This document shows, one piece after another, positions 38,909-48,848 of a stretch of 64,000 nucleotides of DNA; within the stretch, counting starts at the first letter, position 1; each line of letters opens with the position of its first letter. The position numbers and the translations under genes were made by a program. The stretch is from Deltaproteobacteria bacterium (GTDB lineage Bacteria > Myxococcota_A > Polyangia > JAAYKL01): positions 8,841-72,840 of the forward strand of contig JAFGQN010000096.1 of assembly GCA_016935665.1 (NCBI GenBank), given 5' to 3'. The notes under the pieces were generated by a model. The model was not told the DNA's origin. It was given only the letters and a program-made list of their open reading frames with translations, and searched no databases.

Positions 38909-40162
38909 ATGACAACTTTTACCAACAAACTGCGTTTTTTACTGCCGGCAATGTGTCTGGTGGTGGTGTTTGGGGGATGCGAAGATTCAGTGACAGATTA
39001 TAGCAATCTCACTTCGGGGGATACGGCGACCTCGAGCGACACCGACACGATGGTAACCGGAACAGATAATATTGGCATTCCAGGAACCGATTCGGATTCG
39101 GTTTTGGACACCGACAGCAGTTCTGATTCTGCCAGCGACTCAGCAGTGGTCACACCTGTGGCCACCAACGCGGTTGTGATGACCAGCGACTACGAATCGG
39201 GGGCGGTTTCGGTATTGGCGACAGGGACCCGTTCGCAGGTGGGTGACCGGCTGGTTGTCCATTCTGATACGGTGTGTCGATACGATGCCATTACCGACAA
39301 CGTGTTTTTGGTTTCCAGACTGGGGTCCGACGCTGTGACCGTGTTGAGCCCCAAGGCGGATTTTGCGCCAATTCAGCAATATTCCGTTGATCCGGGAACA
39401 AATGCACAGGACATCGCGGTGGTCAGCGCAGAACGCGCATATGTGCCCCGATTTGCGTCAGCGGATATCCTGGTGGTGAACCCATTGACCGGGGCAAAAC
39501 TTGGTCGGGTTGACGCGTCGCCTTATGCGGATGCCGACGGCAATCCGGAAGCGGCGCAGGCAATTTACAAAGATGGCGTGGTGTATGTGACCCTGCAGCG
39601 CCTGGATCCCTCATGGCAAACCACTGCCTACAGTTCGGTGCTGATGATTGATGCCGCATCAGGCGCCGTGCAAAAAGAGGCAAAACTGACAGGGAAAAAT
39701 CCCACCGGTGTGCTGCGGTTCAACGACACGTTGCAGGCCTTCATCCTGGCTGAAACGGGCGCTTACGGCGTGTTGGATGGTGGTGTTGAAACCCTGAAAG
39801 CCGATGGCACCCCCAGCGGCATGATTGTGACCGAGCAAACCCTGGGCGGTGATGTGATGGATGCCATCGTGACCAAACCTGATTTGGGATTTGCCGTGAT
39901 TGGCGTCCCCGGCGCCGATGGCGCCAATACCCAGCTGGTCACATTCAATCCTATGACCGGGGCCAAAGGTCAAATCCTTATCGCGTCAGAGGGCTATGCC
40001 ATGTCTTTTATGGCGTTGCTTGGTCAAAAAGAGATTTGGGTGTCCGATCGTCATTTCACAAACTCAGGTGTGCGCGTTTTTGATGCAAAGACAGCAGCGG
40101 AACTGACACCAGCCCCTGTGAATGTGGGATTGCCCCCAGCAATGATTTGTTTTGACAGGTAA
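38909..40162 (+). CDS. Beta-propeller surface lipoprotein (BtuG/YncE-like corrinoid-binding candidate)
   Basis: Lipobox FGGC, D/S/T linker, repeated blades (NAQDIAVVS..RAYV, YADADG.PE, YVTLQRLD, GLPP). Follows btuB. Confidence 0.62.
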   Translation: MTTFTNKLRFLLPAMCLVVVFGGCEDSVTDYSNLTSGDTATSSDTDTMVTGTDNIGIPGTDSDSVLDTDSSSDSASDSAVVTPVATNAVVMTSDYESGAVSVLATGTRSQVGDRLVVHSDTVCRYDAITDNVFLVSRLGSDAVTVLSPKADFAPIQQYSVDPGTNAQDIAVVSAERAYVPRFASADILVVNPLTGAKLGRVDASPYADADGNPEAAQAIYKDGVVYVTLQRLDPSWQTTAYSSVLMIDAASGAVQKEAKLTGKNPTGVLRFNDTLQAFILAETGAYGVLDGGVETLKADGTPSGMIVTEQTLGGDVMDAIVTKPDLGFAVIGVPGADGANTQLVTFNPMTGAKGQILIASEGYAMSFMALLGQKEIWVSDRHFTNSGVRVFDAKTAAELTPAPVNVGLPPAMICFDR

Positions 40163-40991
40163 CATGACATCAACTCATACACCATCATTGCCTTTGGGTA
40201 TCCCGCCTTTGTCGGGGCGATTTTCGTTTCGTCTGGGCGCCACATCTTATGTGGTGCCGGCGGATTTACTGCCCAATATTGAAGCCCTGGCCGGACTGGT
40301 GGACGATGTGGAAGTGGTGCTGTTTGAATCGGAGGCGTTCTCCAACCTGCCTGGAGAGGACGTGATTGAGCGCATGGCACAGATTGGGCAGCAGCATGGC
40401 ATGAGTTTTACCATTCACTTTCCCCTGGATGTGTCTTTGGGAGATGCCGATGAGGACGAGCGGGTGCGCGGTGTTCATCAGTGCCTGCGCATTGTTGAGC
40501 TGACCAGGCCGCTTTTGCCGTTTGGGTACGTATTGCATTTGATGTGTCCAAACGAAATGGCGTCATCGACGGCTCTAAGACGCCGCTGGCAGGAGCGCTG
40601 TGTGGATTCGGTGAAGCATGTTTTGGACTCGGGCGCTGTGGCCCCAGGGGATATTTGCGTGGAAAACCTCTCGTATCCCTTTGAATACGCCTACCCCGTG
40701 GTGGAAATGCTGAATCTGTCGGTGTGTATGGACGTGGGGCATGTGCTGATGAATGGATATGATTATCACCAGCATTTTCAGCGCTATTGGGAGCGAACGC
40801 GGGTGATGCATCTTCACGGACTTTGGGAGGGCGCTGACCATTGTGCGCTGACCCATTTGCCCAAAGAGATTCTCGGTCAGATTTTAGAAAACGCCGCCGC
40901 GTCGGATACCGAGCGCGTGCTGACCATGGAAGTGTTTGGCACGGACAATTTTGTGGCGTCGATGGGCGTGATGAAAGGGATGCTGCCATGA
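40143..40991 (+). CDS. cbiR: Cobamide remodelling phosphodiesterase CbiR (AP-endonuclease-2/TIM-barrel family)
   Basis: FRLGATSYVVPADLLPN, VDDVEVVLFES, FTIHFPLD, VLH, CVENL, CMDVGH, MHLHG, DH..L, LTMEVF; sits among cobU/cobT/cobS. Start approximate (ORF track 40152, probable ATG about 40164). Confidence 0.75.
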
Positions 40992-41521
40992 AAAAAGTGA
41001 TGCTGATTACCGGCGGCGCGCGCAGCGGCAAGAGCCGGTTTGCCCTGGAACTGACCAATGGAAAGCAACATCGTGCGTTTATTGCCACGGCAACGGTGAC
41101 GGACCCGGAGATGGCGTCGCGCATTTTGAAACATCGAGAGGAGCGCGGGGATGATTTTGCCACCATTGAAGCACCGCTGGATTTGGCCTCGGCGTTAACG
41201 TCGATTTCATCTGAAACGGAGATTGTCGTGGTGGACTGTTTAACCGTGTGGCTGGGCAACCTGATGCATCAACACGGCATGTCTGACCAGCGGTACGACG
41301 AAGTAACGGCATTTTTAGACACCATCGCCAATCCGCCCTGTGACGTGGTGATTGTTTCCAATGAGCTGGGCATGGGTATTGTGCCGGAAAATCAAATGGC
41401 CCGCTGGTTTCGCGATGTGGCGGGACGACTGAATCAGGAGGTGGCGAGATGCGCCACTGATTTGGTGTTTATGGTGAGCGGGTATCCCCTGTGGATAAAA
41501 GGGGATGCGCCGGATTGTTGA
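40988..41521 (+). CDS. cobU: Adenosylcobinamide kinase / cobinamide-phosphate guanylyltransferase
   Basis: ITGGARSGKS (P-loop), FIATA, EM..RI.KH...R, VDCLTVWL.N, VSNELGMG.VP, FRD.AG.LNQ. ATG 40988 overlaps the cbiR stop. Confidence 0.95.
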   Translation: MKKVMLITGGARSGKSRFALELTNGKQHRAFIATATVTDPEMASRILKHREERGDDFATIEAPLDLASALTSISSETEIVVVDCLTVWLGNLMHQHGMSDQRYDEVTAFLDTIANPPCDVVIVSNELGMGIVPENQMARWFRDVAGRLNQEVARCATDLVFMVSGYPLWIKGDAPDC

Positions 41522-41545
41522 ACGTAAACATAGGAGTTTGTTTAA

Positions 41546-42631
41546 ATGAGTTTATTTGAAAAAGCCAAAAAAGATATCGTTGAAGTGTCCAGTGAACTGG
41601 ACGAGCAGATTTGGGCCCATATTAATGATTTGACCAAACCCCCCGGGGCATTGGGCGAACTGGAGCAGGTGGCATTTCGCTTTGCGCGCATTCGCCGGGA
41701 AACCATTCCAGCTGTTCCTAAAAAGCGTTTGTACACATTTGCCGGGGATCACGGAGTGACCGAAGAAGGTGTGTCCGCCTTTCCCGCAGAGGTGACGGTG
41801 CAAATGGTGGCCAATATGATGCAGGGCGGCGCGGCAATAAATGTGTTTGGCCGGCATGTGGACTGCGATGTTCAGGTGGTGGATGTGGGCGTGAATGCGG
41901 ATTTGTCGGCCATGGAAGGCGTATTGCATCGCAAGGTGCGCATGGGGACGCGTAACATGGTGACCGAGGCGGCCATGACCGAGGCCGAAGTGATGCAGGC
42001 TCTGGAAGTGGGCATTGCGCTGGCCCTCGATGCGGCCGCCGATGGTGTCACGCTGATGGGCACTGGTGAAATGGGTATTGGCAACACCACGCCTGCCGCA
42101 GCGCTGATGCATGTGCTTTTGCCCTGTGACCTCAAACAGATTGTTGGGCGCGGCACCGGTGTGGACGATGTGGGCCTGCAGCGCAAGCGCGATGCCATTG
42201 CGGCCGCTGTGAGACTTCATAGTTTGGATGGCAATGACCAGGATCCTTTATTGGCGCTGCAAAAAGTGGGAGGGCTGGAAATCGCCGCACTCACCGGATT
42301 GATGCTCGGCTGTGCCGCCAAACGCATTGCGGTTGTGGTGGATGGCTTTATTTCTTCGGCCGCGGCGCTTGTGGCCTGCAAATTGAATCCCGCCACCAGC
42401 GACTATCTGCTGTTCAGCCATCTTTCTGCAGAGCAGGGACATCGCCGCTTTGTGGAAGGCCTTGGGGTGCGTCCCATACTGGATTTGGGCTTTCGGCTGG
42501 GAGAAGGCACAGGGGCCGCACTGGCCATGTCACTGGTGGATGCATCGGTTAAAATGATGCGGGAAATGGCCACGTTCAGCTCGGCGGGCGTTTCCACGGC
42601 GCTTGAGGAATCGGGCGAGGGGGCGGCGTAG
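41546..42631 (+). CDS. cobT: Nicotinate-nucleotide-dimethylbenzimidazole phosphoribosyltransferase
   Basis: LTKPPGALGELE, FAGDHGV, GGAAIN, GEMGIGNTT, GRGTG, GGLEIA, DGFI, RLGEGTGA. Confidence 0.95.
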   Translation: MSLFEKAKKDIVEVSSELDEQIWAHINDLTKPPGALGELEQVAFRFARIRRETIPAVPKKRLYTFAGDHGVTEEGVSAFPAEVTVQMVANMMQGGAAINVFGRHVDCDVQVVDVGVNADLSAMEGVLHRKVRMGTRNMVTEAAMTEAEVMQALEVGIALALDAAADGVTLMGTGEMGIGNTTPAAALMHVLLPCDLKQIVGRGTGVDDVGLQRKRDAIAAAVRLHSLDGNDQDPLLALQKVGGLEIAALTGLMLGCAAKRIAVVVDGFISSAAALVACKLNPATSDYLLFSHLSAEQGHRRFVEGLGVRPILDLGFRLGEGTGAALAMSLVDASVKMMREMATFSSAGVSTALEESGEGAA

Positions 42632-42634
42632 CGG

Positions 42635-43417
42635 ATGTCCGGGTTTGTTACCGCTGTTCGTACTTTGAGCAGTGTTCCCATTCCGGGCAGGGATGCGGAT
42701 TCACTGTCCATGAGTCTGCTGTGGTTTCCTTTGGTGGGGGCGTTGCTGGGCGCGTTGTGGGCAGGCGCAGGGGTGTTGTTTTCGTTTGTTTTTGACGGGT
42801 GGCCCATGCTTATTGCGCTGCTGGTGCTGATGCTTCAGAGCGCCATGACCGGTGCCATGCATCTGGATGGGATTGCCGATGCGGCGGATGCGTTGTTCAG
42901 CATGACCAGCCGGGAAAAAAAGCTGGCCATCATGAAGGACTCCACGCTGGGGACGTTTGGGGTGCTCACCCTCATTTTTGTGTTGGCGCTCAAGTGGACG
43001 CTTCTTTTTAAGCTGGTGGCTGCAGGACAGCTGATTTTGCTGGTGGTGGTCATTGCCGTGGCGCGAACCGCCCAGGTGGAATTGGCGGTGACCATGTCGT
43101 ATGCCCGGAGCGGGGAAGGGACCGGCAAGGCGTTTGTGACCGATGCCACTTTTGTGCATCGCCTGGGGGCCTGGCTGCTGGCGCTGGTATTGGCGGCCGC
43201 GTTTGGTCCTTTGGCCATTGGAAGCGTCTTGTTGGCCATGTTGACGTGTATGGGATTGCGCCGGTTGTATGACCGCCGGATAGGGGGGATTACGGGGGAT
43301 TTGCTGGGGGCGACCAGCGAATGTGTGGAGCTGGTGATTTTGTTGTGGTTTTGCGGATTTATTCATCAGGGCAAGTGGATAGACTGGCCCTGGCATTTAT
43401 GGGAGGTAGTACTGTGA
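42635..43417 (+). CDS. cobS: Adenosylcobinamide-GDP ribazoletransferase (cobalamin synthase)
   Basis: FPLVG, TGAMHLDG.AD.AD, IMKDS..G.FG, GGITGDLLGA..E. Confidence 0.95.
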   Translation: MSGFVTAVRTLSSVPIPGRDADSLSMSLLWFPLVGALLGALWAGAGVLFSFVFDGWPMLIALLVLMLQSAMTGAMHLDGIADAADALFSMTSREKKLAIMKDSTLGTFGVLTLIFVLALKWTLLFKLVAAGQLILLVVVIAVARTAQVELAVTMSYARSGEGTGKAFVTDATFVHRLGAWLLALVLAAAFGPLAIGSVLLAMLTCMGLRRLYDRRIGGITGDLLGATSECVELVILLWFCGFIHQGKWIDWPWHLWEVVL

Positions 43418-44973
43418 CAACCCTTGCGCCATGCATCAGCGTGCTGGGGACCGCTTCAGATGTGGGTAAAAGCATCGTGGTTACCGCGCTTTGTCGAATT
43501 TTCAACGATATGGGTATCTCTGTGGCGCCATTTAAAGCGCAAAATATGTCCAACAATTCCTTTGTGGTGGACGGGCCCGGTGATGATGTGGGCGAAATTG
43601 GCCGCGCCCAGGTGGCGCAGGCGGAAGCGGCGCGCATTGCGCCCCATGTGGATATGAATCCCGTGCTGCTTAAACCCATGACCAATGTGGGATCGCAGGT
43701 GGTGGTGCGCGGCAGGGCCATTGGGCAAAGCAGTGCCGCTGAGTATGGCAATCGCACTAAAGCGCTGAGGGATATTTCCCTTGAGTGTCTTACCCGGTTG
43801 CGACAGCAATATGATTTGGTGGTGATGGAAGGGGCGGGGAGTTGCGCCGAAGTGAATCTGCGCGCGCGGGATTTTGTGAACTTTGAAATGGCCAAACAGT
43901 CCGACGCGTCCGTGATTCTGGTGGCGGATATTGATCGCGGGGGCGTATTTGCGCAGGTGCTTGGTACCCTGGATTTGCTCTCGGATGCAGAGCGTCGGCT
44001 GGTAACCGGCGTGGTGATAAACCGGTTTAGAGGAGATGCCACGCTCTTTTCGGATGGCATCGATTTTATCGAGAAAAAAGGGCGAGTGAAAGTGCTGGGA
44101 ATGATGCCGCATATTCGAAACATTGGCATCGACGATGAAGATGCTGTGGTGCTTGACAAAGGCATTCAACAGCTGGACGATCATTCGACCGAACGACTGA
44201 CAGTGGGCGTGATTCATCTGCCGCATATTTCCAATTTTACGGATTTCAAGCCGCTGGAGCGTTGCGGTGCGGTTCATTTAAAGTATTTGGAAAAGGGCGC
44301 GGATGCCGAGGGGTGCGACATATTGATGTTGCCGGGAACCAAAAGTGTGCCAGGGGATTTGCGCTGGTTGCGTCGTCAGGGGTTTGACGCGCGCATTTTG
44401 GCGCATGTAAAAGCGGGAAAACCGGTGCTGGGGATTTGCGGGGGATATCAGATGCTCGGTAGGCGCATCAGTGATCCGCTGGGGATTGAGGGAACGCCCG
44501 GGGAGATAGAAGGGTTGGGATTGCTGGATGTGCAAACGGAGCTGGCTCAAACCAAAGCGCTCTCCAGGCGTTGTGGCATTTGGCTGGATGCCAATGTACA
44601 GGTGACCGGCTACGAAATTCACCAGGGCAGAACCATGAGACTGGATGGCGCACAGGCGGTGGTTCGCATGACCGACAACGGTGAGCTGGAAGGCGCGCGC
44701 TCCAGAGATGGGCTGGTTATCGGCACCTATCTGCATGGGTTGCTTGACAGTGCAGCCTTTTTACAAATGTATTTACAAAAAGTGAATTCCCGCATCACCG
44801 TTGACAAAGCCTCATTTGAAACGGATATGCAAGGCGAGGACGCATATGATCGTCTGGCGGATATTGTTCGAAATCACCTCGATATTCCACAGATATTGGC
44901 CGACGCCGGGATGCGCATGGCAAGCCCCGGCAAAGAACGGTTCGACGTGTTGCGTGCAGAGCGGGGATTGTAG
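43414..44973 (+). CDS. cobQ: Cobyric acid synthase CobQ/CbiP
   Basis: GTASDVGKS, PFKAQNMSNN, EIGRAQ, MNPVLLKP, EGAGS.AEVNL, DIDRGG, ISNFTDF, PGTK, GICGGYQMLG, GYEIH, GTYLHG. GTG 43414 overlaps the cobS stop. Confidence 0.95.
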   Translation: MTTLAPCISVLGTASDVGKSIVVTALCRIFNDMGISVAPFKAQNMSNNSFVVDGPGDDVGEIGRAQVAQAEAARIAPHVDMNPVLLKPMTNVGSQVVVRGRAIGQSSAAEYGNRTKALRDISLECLTRLRQQYDLVVMEGAGSCAEVNLRARDFVNFEMAKQSDASVILVADIDRGGVFAQVLGTLDLLSDAERRLVTGVVINRFRGDATLFSDGIDFIEKKGRVKVLGMMPHIRNIGIDDEDAVVLDKGIQQLDDHSTERLTVGVIHLPHISNFTDFKPLERCGAVHLKYLEKGADAEGCDILMLPGTKSVPGDLRWLRRQGFDARILAHVKAGKPVLGICGGYQMLGRRISDPLGIEGTPGEIEGLGLLDVQTELAQTKALSRRCGIWLDANVQVTGYEIHQGRTMRLDGAQAVVRMTDNGELEGARSRDGLVIGTYLHGLLDSAAFLQMYLQKVNSRITVDKASFETDMQGEDAYDRLADIVRNHLDIPQILADAGMRMASPGKERFDVLRAERGL

Positions 44974-44976
44974 CCC

Positions 44977-46059
44977 ATGGCATTGCTGTACCAGCACGGG
45001 GGAATACCAGCGGCCGCATTTGATCGCTTTGCCATGCCGGTGCGACCGGTGATGGATTTTAGCGTCAATACCAACTGGATGGGACCGCCGCCATCGATTC
45101 GGGCACAATGGAATGGGTTGTTTTCGTCATTGGATGCCTACCCCTCACTGCACGGCAGCGCGGTGTCAGATTACTACCTCAACAGATACGGCGTCCCCCA
45201 GGAATGTATTTTGAGTGGCAACGGATCTGCGGAGTTGATGTACCGGGTGGCGCTGGCGCTTAAACCCCGGACCGCCGCCATTGTGTGTCCTTCTTTTTAT
45301 CATTACGATCGCGCGCTGAAGAGTGCTGGAACATCCATCCGCTATGTGGCAGAACACGTCATTGGAGACGGCAACGATGGTGTGACCGAGGCGCTGTGTG
45401 ATGCGGTGTCCCTTTGCGACGCGTTGATTTTGGGAAATCCCAATAATCCCACCGGACGTTTGATGAACAGGCAATCGATTGTTGATGCCGCCAAAAGGTG
45501 TCCGGACAAATGGTTTCTCGTTGATGAAGCGTTTATTTCATTTGTGATGAATGAAGCTGCGTCATCGCTGCTGTTTTTAAGGGATTGGCCCAAAAATCTT
45601 ATTGTCTTTCATTCGCTGACCAAGTTTTATGCATTGCCCGGCATTCGACTGGGGGCGTTTCGGGCGTCGCCAGAGATGGTGCAAAAGGTGATTGGGGTGT
45701 CGCCCCCGTGGATGGTGAATTCGCTGGCCGAAAAAATAGCACCGTTGTTGCAGGACGCAAAGGAATACGAAGCGCAGACGCTGACGCAGCTTCGTGCTGA
45801 GGTGACCCGTTTAAAGACGCGAAGTGAGGGCGTGCGTCATATCTCGTTTACATTTGGCGCGGCCAATTTTGCCACTGGTCAGTGGCACGGCAGCAACACT
45901 TTGGATGACCTGATGCGCCCCCTATTGGCACGGGGCATATTTGTGCGGGATTGCAGCAATTTTTATGGCATCATCCCAAATACGTTTCGATTTGCCATCC
46001 GAAGTGCACGGGACAACGATGCGCTGTTTGATGCATTAAACGAGGTGGCCTGTGGATAG
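44977..46059 (+). CDS. cobD: L-threonine-O-3-phosphate decarboxylase (PLP, class I/II aminotransferase fold)
   Basis: HGG, DFSVNTN..GPP, YP, GNGSAEL, GNPNNPTG, VDEAF, SLTKFYALPGIRLG, VRDCSNF. Confidence 0.88.
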   Translation: MALLYQHGGIPAAAFDRFAMPVRPVMDFSVNTNWMGPPPSIRAQWNGLFSSLDAYPSLHGSAVSDYYLNRYGVPQECILSGNGSAELMYRVALALKPRTAAIVCPSFYHYDRALKSAGTSIRYVAEHVIGDGNDGVTEALCDAVSLCDALILGNPNNPTGRLMNRQSIVDAAKRCPDKWFLVDEAFISFVMNEAASSLLFLRDWPKNLIVFHSLTKFYALPGIRLGAFRASPEMVQKVIGVSPPWMVNSLAEKIAPLLQDAKEYEAQTLTQLRAEVTRLKTRSEGVRHISFTFGAANFATGQWHGSNTLDDLMRPLLARGIFVRDCSNFYGIIPNTFRFAIRSARDNDALFDALNEVACG

Positions 46060-47059
46060 TGTTATTCCCATCTTTGCGGGCGCCATGCTTCTCGATGAAC
46101 TGGTGGGCGATCCGCAGTATCGATGGCATCCGGTGCGATTGATGGGGACCGCGTTTCAGTGGCTGGAATTCGGATTTTTTAAACTGAAATTCACCGGTCG
46201 CCTGGCAGGGGTACTGTTTGTTACCATGTGTCTCGCTGCGGTGTTTGCAGTGTGGTGGCCTTTGCGGTTTGGGATGTATTATCTGTGGCTGCCTATGGGG
46301 ATGGCGTTTGATGTTTTTGTTTTGTATTCGATGGTGGCGCAAAAGGATTTACTTGCCCATGTGAGGTCTGTGCTCCATCCCGTTGAACAGAATGACCTGG
46401 TATTGGCCAGGGAGAAGCTCTCGATGATTGTGAGTCGCAAGACTGAGAACCTCCCGTTGGATGGCATTGTGCGCTCGGCGGTGGAAAGCGTGGCGGAAAA
46501 CTTTGTGGATGGGTCCATGGCGGTCATTTGCTTTGCGGTGGCGGGGGCTTTGTTGGCGGTTGTGACAGGGGGAACCCCTGCGACCGGCATGATGATTGGC
46601 CCTGTGGCATATCGAGTGGTGAATACCCTGGACGCCATGGTGGGGTATAAAAATGAGCGATATCTAAGATTTGGCTGGGCGTCGGCGCGCTTCGATGATG
46701 TGCTTAATTTTATCCCCGCCCGGTTGTCGATAGTTCCGTTGTTGTTTGGCACACTGCTGATGCGCGGCCATGTGGCCCTGGCGCTGCGCAGCTTTTTTTT
46801 GGATCGAAACAAAACCCCTTCCATCAATTCCGGCCATCCCGAAAGCGTTTTGGCCGGCGCCATCGGCATATGCGTGGGCGGGCCGGTGGCATACGCCCAA
46901 AAGGTGACCAACGGGGTGTGGATTGGGTGCGGCACCAGGGATGCTGCGCCCCAACATTTGCGACGGGCCATTGGCATTGTTTACACGGCCGGTATTTTCA
47001 ACGTGATTTCTGCGTTGCTTGTATTGATGGCTGTTTATTCCGGAAGGCAATTGATATGA
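46052..47059 (+). CDS. cbiB: Adenosylcobinamide-phosphate synthase CbiB
   Basis: GDP...HPV..MG, AR..LS.IVSR.T, ESVAENFVDG, YR.VNTLDAMVGYKN, FGWASARFDD.LN.IPARL, PS.NSG.PE...AGA. Confidence 0.94.
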   Translation: MDSVIPIFAGAMLLDELVGDPQYRWHPVRLMGTAFQWLEFGFFKLKFTGRLAGVLFVTMCLAAVFAVWWPLRFGMYYLWLPMGMAFDVFVLYSMVAQKDLLAHVRSVLHPVEQNDLVLAREKLSMIVSRKTENLPLDGIVRSAVESVAENFVDGSMAVICFAVAGALLAVVTGGTPATGMMIGPVAYRVVNTLDAMVGYKNERYLRFGWASARFDDVLNFIPARLSIVPLLFGTLLMRGHVALALRSFFLDRNKTPSINSGHPESVLAGAIGICVGGPVAYAQKVTNGVWIGCGTRDAAPQHLRRAIGIVYTAGIFNVISALLVLMAVYSGRQLI

Positions 47060-47862
47060 ACACACAACCCAAAAAAACAGAAAGTTCGCCGCGCATTGTC
47101 TGTTTGTCTCACGACAGCATTGACATGCTCAGTCAACTGGGCGCCCAGGATATGGTGGTGGGACGGCCTGCGGGGGAATCGCGTCCTGAGGTGGCCCATG
47201 CCGCGTCCATTGGGGGGTATGGCAGCATTAAGCCCGAAAAAATCAAGGCGTTGCATCCGGATTTGGTGATTGCCTATGCGTCGTTTCAAGCCGGCTTGAC
47301 AGCCCCTCTGCTGGATGCCGGCGTGAACGTGCTCCATTTAACCCATCACAGTATTGCCGATATATTCGGCAGCATTCACCTGCTGGGGCGATTCACAGGA
47401 AGGGAAACGTCGGCAAAGGGAATTGTTGCCAGGATGAATGGCATCTTTGATTCTTATCGGATAAAGGCCCTGGATAAGGATAAACCGCGTGTGTATTTTG
47501 AAGAATGGGACGAGCCCATGGTGGCCGCGCCCCGCTGGGTGAGTGAAATGATTGACATCGCCGGTGGAGAAGATGTGTTTGCCGATAAAAGTGAAAGCCC
47601 CGTGTTTGCCCACCGTACGGTTCAAATGGAGGCGCTCGTGTCCCGAAACCCCGAAATAATGATTGCTTCGTGGTGTGGCAAGCCGGTGCGGATTGATGAG
47701 ATTTGCGCGCGCAAAGGCATTGAAAATGTGGCCGCCATTTCCAGCAATCGCATTTTTGAGGTGCCAGGTGACACGTTTTTGCAGCCAGGGCCCAATATTG
47801 TTTTGGGCATTGCTCAGTTGCACCAGATATTTTTTGGACAGCCCCAAAGGGAAGAACCATGA
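47056..47862 (+). CDS. BtuF-like cobalamin-binding protein without a signal peptide
   Basis: PRIVCL, I.AL.PDLV, KPRVYFEEWDEP, WVSEMI.IAGG, P..MIASWCGK, LQPGP. ATG 47056 overlaps the cbiB stop. No hydrophobic leader. Confidence 0.75.
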   Translation: MNTQPKKTESSPRIVCLSHDSIDMLSQLGAQDMVVGRPAGESRPEVAHAASIGGYGSIKPEKIKALHPDLVIAYASFQAGLTAPLLDAGVNVLHLTHHSIADIFGSIHLLGRFTGRETSAKGIVARMNGIFDSYRIKALDKDKPRVYFEEWDEPMVAAPRWVSEMIDIAGGEDVFADKSESPVFAHRTVQMEALVSRNPEIMIASWCGKPVRIDEICARKGIENVAAISSNRIFEVPGDTFLQPGPNIVLGIAQLHQIFFGQPQREEP

Positions 47863-48848
47863 GCAGGCAAGGGATACTGGTCGTTGTTGGCATTGTGGCG
47901 CTGTTTGGTATCAGCTACTGGGCCAGAATTTATCTGGGGGCAAACACATTTGCGCCCGAAGAAATGAATGCCGAGAGCCGTTTGCCGAAAAACGAGCAAG
48001 ATTCATCCAAAAATTTCCCCGGCCAGACCGCTTCCAAATGTGAGCGCATCGTCTCTTTGGCGCCGAGCCTTACCGAAATTGTGTTTGCGCTGGGATTGGG
48101 CGATCGTCTGGTTGGCGTGACGCGGTATTGCGACTATCCCGAGGCGGCCAAATCAAAGAAGAAAATTGGCGGATACTACGATCCCAGCAACGAAGCGATT
48201 ATGTCGTTGAAACCCGATATGGTGATTATGCTCGATGAGCACTTATCTGCCACAAAGATGATGATGGCGACCAAAACGCCTCACCTGAATATTTCCAACA
48301 GGCGGATTTTCGACATATTGAACGCCATTACCACCATCGGTGGAGCATGTGGGGTGTCAGACGCGGCGTCCCAATTGCGTCGTCAACTGCAGTCCCGCAT
48401 TGATGGGGTGAAAAGTGCCCGTTCGCCTGGCCAGAAGCCTAAAACAGTGATGATTACCACCGGCCGAAATATGGGCAGCGGAACCATTTCGGATGCGTAT
48501 ATTACAGGTCGCGAGGGGTATTACGATGAAATGATCGCCATTGCCGGCGGCATAAATGTGTACCAGGGCAATGTGGCATTTCCAATGGTGTCTGCCGAAG
48601 GTATTTTGGAGATGAACCCCGATATCGTTATTGATATGGTGCCCGATTTGGATGAATCCGTTTTGTCCAAAGAGCAGATTATTCAGCAATGGTCCGTGCT
48701 TGGACACCTTCGCGCGGTCCAGACCGGGCAGGTGTATGTGCTCACCGAGGATTATGTGGTTGTACCTGGTCCCCGTTTTGTTTTATTGCTCGAACGGCTG
48801 GCTAAGATTCTTGGGAAGGCAAACGCACTTGTGGAGAACGAAAAATGA
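47859..48848 (+). CDS. btuF: Corrinoid ABC transporter substrate-binding protein
   Basis: N-terminal membrane anchor, RIVSLAPSLTEIVFALGLGDRLVGVTRYCDYP, E.I..LKPD.V, IAGG.N, S.E.I...NPD, PGPR. Confidence 0.85.
   Translation: MSRQGILVVVGIVALFGISYWARIYLGANTFAPEEMNAESRLPKNEQDSSKNFPGQTASKCERIVSLAPSLTEIVFALGLGDRLVGVTRYCDYPEAAKSKKKIGGYYDPSNEAIMSLKPDMVIMLDEHLSATKMMMATKTPHLNISNRRIFDILNAITTIGGACGVSDAASQLRRQLQSRIDGVKSARSPGQKPKTVMITTGRNMGSGTISDAYITGREGYYDEMIAIAGGINVYQGNVAFPMVSAEGILEMNPDIVIDMVPDLDESVLSKEQIIQQWSVLGHLRAVQTGQVYVLTEDYVVVPGPRFVLLLERLAKILGKANALVENEK

Noticed and set aside
40841-40987. N-terminal extensions of cobU (and likewise of cobQ from 43321 and the btuF-like gene from 46870) in the ORF track
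   Set aside because: The extensions overlap upstream genes in another frame. Starts at the 4-nt stop/start overlaps fit the family N-termini.
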